Positions 38,885-50,165 of a stretch of DNA of 64,000 nt are shown here, piece after piece. Within the stretch, counting starts at the first letter, position 1. The number at the start of each line of letters is the position of its first letter. The stretch comes from Octopus vulgaris (lineage: Eukaryota), in the NCBI GenBank assembly GCA_951406725.2, contig OX597814.1:51646001-51710000 (forward strand), in the 5' to 3' direction. The position numbers and the translations under genes are program-made. Below the pieces are notes generated by a model, which searched no databases, had not been told where the DNA came from, and was given only the letters and a program-made list of their open reading frames with translations.

Positions 38885-40098
38885 ATCATCATCATCATCA
38901 TCATCATTGTTTAACATCCATTGTCCAATGCTGGCATGGGTTGGATGGTTTGACCAGGGCTGGCAAGCTGGAAAGCTGCACTAGACTCCAGTCTGATTTA
39001 GCATGGTTTCTGCAGCTGGATGCCCTTCCTAACACCAACCACAATGAAAGTGTAATGGGTGTTTTACATGCCACTGGCACGGGGGCCATTTGCATGACAC
39101 CAGTACCTACCACAACAATGACAACCACTCCAAGAGTGTAATGGATGTATTTACGTCCTACCAGCATGGGTGCCATTTTTGTGACATCGATATCTGCCAT
39201 GACTGTGGTTTTACTTGGTTAGATGGGTCATCTCAAGCATGACATAATGCCAAAGGTCTCAGTCATTACCTCCATGCTGCCCAACACTTGAAAGGAACTT
39301 TTCCCCTGGATAATAGAGGCAATCTACTACCTCTAACTTATCCCTCTGGCAGTTGATGGAGTCTATTTTCTGTACATTTTTGGTGTTTATTGAATTTTCC
39401 CTGTTAACCTTTCTTTGATATTGCTGTAATTCTTATGTATTCATAGCTTATATCAGGTACATCCTATGGAGTTTCTACCTATGCCTTTTCTACAGATTTA
39501 GCAGGGCCATCTAACTGAAAGGATTTGTGATTTGTCTGCCTTCCTTCTTACTAAGACTTTGGTTTTTGCTAGGTTAACCCTAAGGCCCTTCGATTCTAGA
39601 CCTTGTTTTCATACCTGAAACTTCTCCTCTAGTTCTGATAGTGATTCACTTATAAGAACAAGATCATCAGCATAGCAGAGCCCCCAGGGGCAGCCTGTCT
39701 TAAATTCCTCTGTTATTGCCAGGAGGGCTATGATGAACAAGAGGGGGCTGAGGACCGATGCTTGGTGAGCCCTTACTTGTACCCTGAATTCTTCGCTGTA
39801 CTCATTGCCAATGCTCACTTTTCTGGTAGCATCCCTGTACGTGGCTTGTACAGCTCTCACCAATCACTTGTCTTTCCCTAGCTTCCACATTGACCACCAG
39901 ATAAGGGATCAGAGGACCCTGTCAAAAGCTTTCTTTAAGTCAACAAAAGCCAAGTACAGAGGTTTATCTTTGGTTATGCATTTCTCCTGCAGCTTACTAG
40001 AAATATAGCATCAGTGGTACTTCTCCCTGGCACAAAACCAAACTGCATCTTATCTAGACTAACTTTCTCCCTAATTAGTTGGGCTATGACAACCTCTG
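38885..40098 (-). mobile_element. RTE LINE, RT to 3' tail, internally deleted
   Basis: QFGFVPGRST, FRVQVRAHQASVLSPLLFII, CYADDLVLI; (CAT)n at about 38885-38907. Confidence 0.85.
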
Positions 40099-40324
40099 TA
40101 ACATACATACATACATACATACATACATACATACATACATACATGCATACATGCATACATACACACACATACATACATACACACTTACATAAAGGTGGCT
40201 TGAGCATCAGACTAAATGCATTGCAATATTTAACCCAACTTCTTAGGTCAGGTTTCAAATCCACACCAGGATTAATATCTTCTTTTTATTCTCCTTGGAG
40301 CGAAGTCAATAAGTTAATTACTTA

Positions 40325-40545
40325 TGTTCTTTTCTACTCTAGGCAAAAGGCCCGAAATTTTGGAGGAAGTGGGCCAGTTGATTAGATTGATCCCAGTATG
40401 CAGATGGTACTCATTTTATCCACATCAAAAGGATGAAAGGCAAAGTCGACCTCAGTGGAATTTGAACTCAGAACGTAAAGACAGGCGAAATAACGCTAAG
40501 CATTTCGCCCGGCATGCTAACGTTTCTGCCAGCTTGCCGCCTTTA
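40325..40545 (-). mobile_element. Second SINE family (aaggcggcaagctggcagaaacgttagc... head)
   Basis: Contains the gagttcaaatt B-box and gtcgactttgcctttcatcc core. Other copies at 2191-2310, 18344-18555, 55669-55822 and 63130-63270. Confidence 0.8.
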
Positions 40546-40878
40546 ATTACTTATTATATTGTATCAACGTGTTAAGTCTATCTGCCTTTCTATGAAAATC
40601 CACTTTAATTCAGTCAAAAGAAATCAATATTAAGTAGACTCATGAAAAGAGGGTAGAGCAGGAGATGCAACAAAATACTGGACTAAATGTCAAATATTAT
40701 GTCCATTTAAGTTTTGTGTGCACCACTTTTAAGTCAATAAATTTGTAATCTTGCACCTGAGTTAGAGACCAATATTGAGTGAACTAATGCTTTTTCATAC
40801 ACACACATATATATACAGTCCTACAAATGTGTGCATGGTAAGCGGACATTAAATGAAAATGATAACTGATGATAATGA

Positions 40879-40921
<43 letters not shown>

Positions 40922-40944
40922 CATATATATATATATACATATTC

Positions 40945-41348
40945 TTTTACTCTTTTACTTGTTTCAGTCATTTGACTGCGGCCATGCTGGAGCACTGCAT
41001 TTAATTGAGCAACTTGACCCCGGGACTTATTCTTTTTGTAAGCCCAGTACTTATTCTATCGGTCTCTTTCACCGAACCGCTAAGTAACGGGGACATAAAC
41101 ACACCAGCATCGGTTGTCAAGCAATGCTAGGGGGACAAACACACTCACACAAACACACACACGCATACATATATATACATATATACGACGGGCTTCTTTC
41201 AGTTTCCGTCTGCAAATCCACTCACAAGGCTTTGGTCGGCCCGAGGCTATAGTAGAAGACACTTGCCCAAGGTGCCACGCAGCGGGACTGAACCCGGAAC
41301 CATGTGGTTGGTAAACAAGCTACTTACCACACAGCCACTCCTGCACCT
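40945..41348 (-). mobile_element. Main-family SINE, young copy
   Basis: Near-identical reverse complement of 30401-30794; CpGs retained. Confidence 0.85.
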
Positions 41349-41616
41349 ATATATATATATATAAATTAAGAAAGGGAGTCAAATGCAGGTGTTATTCAAA
41401 CCATTTGACTAACACATGTGTTTGACTCCATTTCTTAATTTATCCATGTTATCCAAAAACATTTCACTTAATCCTGGAATTACTACCTTTATAAGTAGTC
41501 TGTAACATCTTTGGCACTTATATGAATTTTTGCTACCCCGGTAACTATTTATTTATTTTTGCTTTGTTATTCATACACATCAAAAAATATACATACATTT
41601 ATATATACATTTATAC

Positions 41617-41648
<32 letters not shown>

Positions 41649-42633
41649 GTATATATATATGTATATGTATATGTATATGTATGTATGTATGTACGTATGT
41701 ATGTATATGCATATACACACACACACACGTATATATTATCACCTTTATCAACACACACATGATTAAAACATAGTTGACACAGTCAACAAAAGAATGATGC
41801 ATATTGATACTTTTGTTTCTATTGGTGATATGAGATAGGAAATTAATTATATTTTATGAAAACGTTAGCATGTTAAGGCTAAAAATAATCTCATTTAGCT
41901 TGCCTGTAGGAATTTAAATAGATTGAAACATCAAGTTTGTTTATAACATTGACTAAAATGTTAGTTATGAATGTTACATTACTTTGTTATGCATACATAT
42001 ATGGAAATGAAAGTGGTGATAAGAGCTATCCATAACATTCAGGCTAGATTAGTACAAATACAAAATAAATGGATACCTTGCCAGAATAACAAAGGCAGGT
42101 AGGATAATGAAGCCAGAGAGATTTACCAGATTGAAGGGAAATGGTACATAGCAAAAGTAGTGAGACTAAAACACTGATATACAGAGGGTAGGGAAATAGC
42201 CGCATAATGGAAGCTGTTGTAGTAAATATAGAATAGAGCCAGTTATGTTGTATCCTGCAGTGGTCTGTGTATAGCATACTTCCATCCTTGATCAATTTCA
42301 AATGGTGTGGCTGGAGCAATATCAATAACTGCCGTTAGAATGAAGGTTATGCAAAACTGTTCTGGCAATAATACAAGTCATCTTTGGAACAATATCCATG
42401 GCTGCACAACAAAGTCCTAAGCATCCTTGCTTCTTTCATTGAAACAACAATACAACATCGTCAATGTGAGGAGAATTGAGAATTGATACCAATTTTTATT
42501 CTATGATTTTCCACAGGCAGGCAAGGAAGGAGCAATGCAAAAGGTAGCTGTATTCTTATTATAAGAACCTAAAAGTAAACAATAGTCCATCATCATGAAT
42601 GGCATAAAGAAAATCCTGACTCTGTGTGTGTGC

Positions 42634-42666
<33 letters not shown>

Positions 42667-43739
42667 CACATGTGTATCATCATCATTACCATCATCATTT
42701 AATTGGATGGTTTGGCAGGGGCTGGCCAGGCAGGAACCTGTGCCATGCTCCTGAGTGTGTTTTGGCATGGTTTTTACAGCTGGATGACCTTCCTAACACC
42801 AACCACTCTGTAGAGTGTGCCGAGTGCTTTTTATGTGGCACTAGCACAGATGAGGTCAGTTTTGGCGTGGTTTTTACAGCTGAATGCCCTTCCAAATGCC
42901 AACCCTTTCACAGGGTGGACTGGGTTCTTTTTAAGTGGCACCTGCACTGGCAGGGTCACCAAGTGACTTTGAAAGACAAAGAGTCTTTGAAGTGGGATGA
43001 GGCACTGGAGGAGGTGATCTTGTGTCAGATGATTAGTGTGACAGAGAGGCAGAAACAGATGTCTTGCTGTTGAAGAGGTCCATGGTTACCCAGCCGGAGA
43101 GAGGGAGAGAGAGAAAGAGGAAGAGAAAGAGAAGAAGCGTTAACAAGAATGAAGGCAGAAACAATTACCTAGAGAGAGAGTGAGAGTTAAGAAGAGGTGT
43201 GCTGCTGTAAAGGAGATACATGGTTACCAAGTCAGAGGTAAGAGCAAGGGAAGGAGGGAGAGAGAGTAATCAAGAGTGAGGGCAGAAACAGGTTTGTTGC
43301 TGTAGAGGAGATACATGATTATTCAGCCAGAAGGAGGAGCAAAGGAAAGTGAGAGAGAGAGAGAGAGTAGGAGACAGCAAGAGCAGGAAAGGGATGGCGG
43401 CAAGTACCAGGGTATACTTGCAAGGAACAGGGAACAGGGCTTAGATGGGATGGCAGAGTAAGGAAGAGGGAGATGAATTGTGACAGGTGTTGGCAGGGTA
43501 TTACTAAGGAGTCACGCATCAAGAGTGGGGGAATGCAGTGACAAGAGAGAATCTAGAATATAGAGGGGGGAAGGGATGGGGGAAGTGGCAATGCAGTGAG
43601 CAGGGTAGTGAGAACTGGGTTGGGGCGTGGGAAATAACCATAGTGTATAAAGAGCAAATATGAGTAAGTTGGTGTAGGGTGTGTGAAAGTTTTATTGTGG
43701 GACACAACACTTCTAGAACTCAGGATCGCTGACATGGGC

Positions 43740-44470
43740 AGGTCTTCTTTAGAACCTCATATCACCAGACATCTCAGTCAAGTGTCATTTCCTCTGTGAG
43801 TCCCAACATCTTGAGATCAGTCCTCACCACTTTATCCCATGTCTTCCTGGGTCTCCCTCTTCCACAGGTGCCATCCACTTTCAGTGATTGGCACTTCTAA
43901 ACAGCTGTCTTCATTCATGCACATCACATGTCCAAACCACATAGACTTCTCTCTTGCATGCTGCATTTGAGTCCTCTTATGCTCTACTTTTCTCTCAACA
44001 CACTAGTGCTTTGTTGTTCATGCACATTGATGCTGCACATCCAGCGGAGCTCACTGCCTTCATTTCTGTCTCATCTATGCATGTCCTTTGCATTCAGAGC
44101 CCAAGTTTCACTACCACAGAGTATAGTGGTTCATACACAAGCATCATACAATCTACCTTTCACTCTGAGAGAGAGTCCTTTTGTTGTCAGCAGAGGTTGT
44201 AGCTCTCTGAACTTTTCTCCATCTTATCTGTATTCTACAAACAATACTTTCAGAACATCCACACCCCCACCTTGCTAATTTGGTCACCTAGGTAACAGAA
44301 ACTATCTACTACCCCAAGAGAGCCTACTTGGCATTTGAAAGAATCTAACTCCTGTGTGCTCTTAGTGCTTATTGTTCCTGCACATCTACCACACACAAAG
44401 ATTTTATCCGTTAATCTACCTGTTATTCCACTGCACCTCTTATGTGTCCATAGCTTACATTTGGTGCAGC
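43740..44470 (-). mobile_element. RTE LINE C-terminal fragment
   Basis: CTKCKLWTHKRCSGITGRL...CGRC...VVDSFCYLGD; related tail at 42675-42990. Confidence 0.8.
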
Positions 44471-44906
44471 AGATATATATATATATTACATGGAAAAATG
44501 CGAGCAAGAGAAATAATATTCTTAAGACTATAAACCTGGAAAATTACAGGACAAGTTATAACACTTGGAAAAGTTCAGGACAACTTATTACACTTGGAAA
44601 AGTAGAGAGCAAGCAAATTTTAACTTAGAATATTGCAGCTAAGGATAAAATCTCAAATAAAATATTTAGATTTAGAAAATATTAGCTTTTATTAAAACTA
44701 AACATTCTATAACAAATTATTACTTATATTTGCTATTACTTGTTAATTCTATAAAAAATAAAAAATTAGCTTGCTTACCAACCACATGGTTATGGGTTCA
44801 GTCCCACTGTGTGGCACCTTGGGCAAGTTTCTTCTACTATAGCCTCGGGCTGACCAAAGCCTTGTGAGTGGATTTGGTAGACGGAAACTGAAAGGAGCCC
44901 ATCGTA

Positions 44907-44960
<54 letters not shown>

Positions 44961-45076
44961 AGAAGGCATTATATATACATGCCAAACGCTAAGAGGGACA
45001 ATTAGTCATTTCTACCAAAAATATTACTAATCCCACCGAATGCAATTTTTCAAAGTAAGACATTTAAAAAAATATA

Positions 45077-45122
45077 GACCTGTATCACAGTGATTTCATA
45101 CTTACGTACTCATCAGCAGGCC
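45077..45122 (-). ncRNA. Canonical minimal type-I hammerhead ribozyme
   Basis: Minus strand: ggcctg-CTGATGA-gtac-gtaa-gtat-GAAA-tcac-t-gtga-TA-caggtc. 6-bp stem I, 4-bp stem II with a GNRA loop, palindromic stem III, AUA site. Confidence 0.85.
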
Positions 45123-46492
45123 AGAATGCATTATAAATAAACAACGACCCTGCCCCGCTTAAGTTGATCAGCTAACTGTTCAACATCAACGAAGCACATG
45201 GGTGAGTTTACATATATTACAATCGGTCAAATGGCAAACTTTTACGAATTGCATTTCGGGAGAGGAAAAGTTTTTTCGGAATAAAAATTTAGCAATTAAG
45301 GACAACTACTTAATAAGGAAAACTTAGCAAGAAATTGTCAGGTAGATAGCGTAAAAACCTCATAAGAGAAAAAATTTCGAAAATATTTATTTCTTATTGA
45401 ACATATTAATTTATATATAGAGGGCATTATACATATATGCCAGAAGGCATTATATATACATGCCAAACGCTAAGAGGGACAATTAGTCATTTCTACCAAA
45501 AATATTACTAATCCCACCGAATGCAATTTTTGAAATCACTGTGATACAGGTCTATATTTTTTTAAATGTCTTACTTTGAAAAATTGCATTCGGTGGGATT
45601 AGTAATATTTTTGGTAGAAATGACTAATTGTCCCTCTTAGCGTTTGGCATGTATATATAATGCCTTCTGGCATGTATGTATAATGCCCTCTATATATAAA
45701 TTAATATGTTCAATAAGAAATAATTATTTTCGAAATTTTTTCTCTTATGAGGTTTTTACGCTATCTACCTGACAATTTCTTGCTAAGTTTTCCTTATTAA
45801 GTAGTTGTCCTTAATTGCTAAATATATATATATATATATATGTATATACAAAGTGAGATAGGGGTTATGAGTGTAACCCACTATGGGATATCAGTTATCC
45901 AATATACTGCTGGTGAAGTACCCAAAAAGCAAATACATAAATGCTTATAATTGCAATGCAATTAATTCATTTATTGTAATAGATGGGCGAAGGTAAAATA
46001 TTTTACCTCAAATTCATAATACAAATAAGAAAATGGAGGCCTCATCAGAGATTATAAAGTACAATTATAAAAATATATAAATGCAAATATAAATATGAAA
46101 CAAAATACACATACACAAGAATCTATATATATATAGGCCTTGAGATATATATATAAGTAACTCATTTTTAACTGCATATTACCTCAGTACATCTGACTAA
46201 TATAGGCACAATGAGATACTCTTATCTACAGGCTGAAACAGCTGTAAGATCCATTTTATGTGTATTATTTTTATGGTATTATCTTACTTACTGATGTATA
46301 TTGTTTTATTCTGTTGGATTTGGATGTTACTATTTAAGTAGTTAATAAATAATATGAATTGGTAATATCTGTAAGTCGATGATTGAAAGGAATCTGTTCC
46401 TCCATTTTCTTATTTGTATATATGTATATATATATATATATATATAAATATAAATAAATGGAGTTTAACGCAGGTGTAATTCAAATACTTTT

Positions 46493-46581
46493 ACTTCTGA
46501 CACATGTTTCGAAGATATCACTGATATTATTCCAAAGGAATAAAATGGTGTAAAACAATGTAATCTTCTCTTCAGGGAAGT
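46493..46581 (-). ncRNA. Type-I hammerhead candidate with 58-nt stem II
   Basis: Minus strand: acttcc-CTGAAGA-gaagat...(ttattcc-ttt-ggaataa)...atcttc-GAAA-c-atgt-g-TC-agaagt. G-C closed 6-bp stem II base, GUC site, one C-A mismatch in stem I. Confidence 0.75.
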
Positions 46582-47174
46582 GAAGAAATGAAACTCGTCA
46601 ATGAGACATTTTAATAGAAAATGATGGATATGTATAGTGATTTACTGAATGCTATTAATATTTTTTCAAAAAAACGTTATAGGATATAATGTCAGAAGTA
46701 GCCTATAGAAAGAGGAGGGATAAATTAAGGAAAAGTTAAATAAATGAGAAGTATATGACTATATGTATATTAAATACAACCTTAGGAAAATATATATTTT
46801 TTTAGTGTATGTTAAATATAAAAAGAAAAATAATGTTTAAATTATATATAATATTAGAGATTACTTATATGAACTAAAGGTGTGTTTTTGCACACCTTTA
46901 GTTCATATCTGTATGCACGCTCTATAAACTCCTTTTATTTATACATATATTATACAAAAAATTTACATCGATATGCATGCTCTATAAACTCCTTTTATCT
47001 ATCTATATATTATACAAAAAATTTCCCGTAAACCCGAAGTTTCTACCTTTAAAAACAAGGAGTTACAATCTCTTTACTTGTGTGATTTTTTGCTACCCTG
47101 GTAACTATTTATCTATTCTTTCCGAGATAATTGTTAACAAGGGAAAAATACACACATCTATTTATATATATATC

Positions 47175-47214
<40 letters not shown>

Positions 47215-49728
47215 TATATCTGTGTTTGTCCCCCCAACATTGCTTGACAACCGTTGGTGGTGTGTTTACATCCCTGTAACTTAGCAGATTGGCAAGAGAC
47301 TGATAGAATAAGTACTAGGCTTACAAAGAATAAGTCCTGAGGTCAATTTACTCGACTAAAGGCGGTGCTCCAGCATGGCCGCAGTTAAATGACTGAAACA
47401 AATAAAAGAATAAAAGAATATATGTATATATATTTTGGAGGTGCAACATCAGTGTACATGTACAACAAAGTACAAATGCACTACGAGAAAAATTAGTCAT
47501 AAGAGGAATTAGATGTAGTATGCAAGAAAAAAGACTGTGCTAGTATGGTCATGTGATGTGTGTAGATGAGGACAGCTATATAAAGAAATGTCAGTCACTT
47601 AAAGTGGATGGCACTTGTGAAAAGTGGGAAAACCAGGAAGAATGTGGTACCAAGTTGTGAAGGCTAATCTTAAGATGTTAAACCTCAAAAGACCAAGTAA
47701 ACTGACAATTTGCTGTAATCAAGAAGGCATATTAATCATAAAGAGAATGAGGTCCTAAAAGTATAAGGTTTATGATTACACATGCTAGGTCCTGCACCTG
47801 TACCCAATTTACCTCCATTAAGCATTTCCCCACATCCCGTCTTCCTCACACCCATTCTTCCGTCACTCTTCTAACTATGGTACTAGTCAGCATCAGAATC
47901 AGCACATATCTCATCCTTCTTTTTTTGTTACCAGTGACTCCTTCACCTCCTGGAACTATTTCCTTCACCATCCATCCCTCATTATCATTATCATCCATAA
48001 GCAAAACCATATACACATACACAAAACGCACATACAAAAAACACAAAGACACACACACATACAGATACAGATGAAAATGCATGCGCAGATAAAGATACAC
48101 ACCAAAAAAAGAAAGAATAGACTAAACAGAACAGGAGACACATGGGATAGAGAGTTGGGGAAGAGGTCACAGGATCTGTGATGAAAGATTTTCAGACAAA
48201 GGACAGTAAAATAAGAGCAATAATAAATTTGAAGTGATGAACAAATATATAGTGTGTATGTTTATTTGGCAAAAAAGTAAAAAAAAGAAATGACCATCCC
48301 AAAATACAACAATATCTGTTTCAACACATGATTTCATATCAGGAATCTTACAAAACAAATACATAAACGTAACATCCTCAGACTATTTTACCCCAATTGC
48401 CTCCTTTCTGTGCCTTCGGTTATCTCTCTCTCTCCTCTGAGCTACATCTTAGGTTTGCCATACCTTCTTTATTACTTCTCATATCTGAAATCATTCTCAA
48501 CATTCAAACCAACTTTACCTTTGATCTCTATCTCTATCACTTACATCTTCTACCACTTCCACACCTTGTACATCTTCTCCCTACTCTCCGATGTATCAAC
48601 AGGTTTATGATACAGTAGGTTTCTTCACCTTCCTGTGCTGTCACTTGTCACCTCCTCCTTTTTGAGCCACTTCTATCCATAACTTAGGTAGTGGGTAGCG
48701 ATTTTCTTCACTACTTCAGGGAGTGACGACCCTGCATGACATGTGTCCCAGGCTCAGCTGGCTCTGGCTGACAGTACCCAGTATGGGCCCCTATCCAGGG
48801 TTACAGAAATGAGACAACCTTCAAAGAAATCCGGAATGGAGCCCCATAGGCAGTTTAGTGTTTGACTCAGCACTCTTCTGGCAGCTCCTGCAACCAAGCT
48901 GGTACCAAACGTAATGCTCTGCACTCCTTTGGACTACATCAGCAAGGTCGAAAGACGAATCCTGACGATTGGGTTACCCAGGATTTTCTTACATCTAGCC
49001 CAGGCCTGCGCAAAACTGGAGAGGACATGAAATGTAAAAACCAAACTGGATTAGTTTATGCACAACTCCATTGTCTCCCGAGACAAAAGGATGCCAACAA
49101 CTATCCATAACACCTTCCCCACATCCAATACTGATGTTTATCCTTAACCACACCTCCACCTTTGTTCATTACTCAATACATTCACCTATATACCCCATCT
49201 TATACTACCTGTCATTCTCCTCTCATAGTCTTATGAAATTACCACTTCTCCTTCCCATCCATATCCTCACTTATGCTTATCTTCTTATACCTTGAGAAGT
49301 TGCTCAGGCACCTCATCATCACCCTTATCTTCTTTCCTGCTATTTACACTCACCCTCATATAATGTGGGATAGCTGTGCTTTTCCTCTATAGCAAGACAC
49401 CTCTGCTCAACTCCCTATCAACTTTAACCTTTCAACATCTGGCATAACACCATCTCTCCCTCTTAAATACATTCTTACTCAGTCCAGGGAGCTTTTACCT
49501 CTATTTTTCTTACATGTTACTTGGTGAACTCACTAATATTGGTATCACAAGAAAAAAAAACAAAAACAAAAACACAACCAGTGCACACTGTAAAGTGATT
49601 AGCATAAGGAAGTGCATCGAACCTTAGAAATCATGCAAAGACACTTTGGAACTCTTGTGTTGAGATGCTGTCAAACCATTTAACCTATCCAATGATGGAA
49701 AACAGATGTTAAAATGATGATGATGACG

Positions 49729-49786
<58 letters not shown>

Positions 49787-49787
<1 letters not shown>

Positions 49788-50165
49788 CTCTTTAATCTTT
49801 TACTTGTTTCAGTCATTTGACTGTGGCTATGCTGGAGGACCACCTTTAGCTGAGCAAATCGACCGCAAGACTTATTCTTTGTAAGCCTAATACTTATTCT
49901 ATCGGTCTCTTTTGCTGAACCACTAAGTTACAGATATAAACACACCAGCATTGGTTATCAAACAATGTTGGGGGGACAAACACAGGCACACACATATACA
50001 CACATGACAGGCATCTTTCAGTTTCCATCTGCCAAATCCACTCACAAGGCTTTGGTCAGCCTGAGGCTATAGTAAAAAGACACTTGCCCAAGGTGCCATG
50101 CAGTGGGACTAAACCCAGAACCATGTGGTTGGTAAGCAAGCTACTTACCACAGCCACTCCTGTGT
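49787..50165 (-). mobile_element. Main-family SINE
   Basis: Same head and tail as 30401-30794. Further partial or decayed copies at about 34765-34920, 37020-37330, 44768-44910, 47215-47420, 51720-51890, 54535-54710 and 60880-61335. Confidence 0.8.

Noticed and set aside
42290-42490. Minus-strand peptide DIVPKMTCIIARTVLHNL resembling a Harbinger transposase C-terminus
   Set aside because: One short motif with stops and no TIRs; too weak to call.
48300-48385. Minus-strand CTGAGGA...GAAACAG resembling a hammerhead
   Set aside because: Stems I and II do not pair convincingly; at most a heavily decayed relic.
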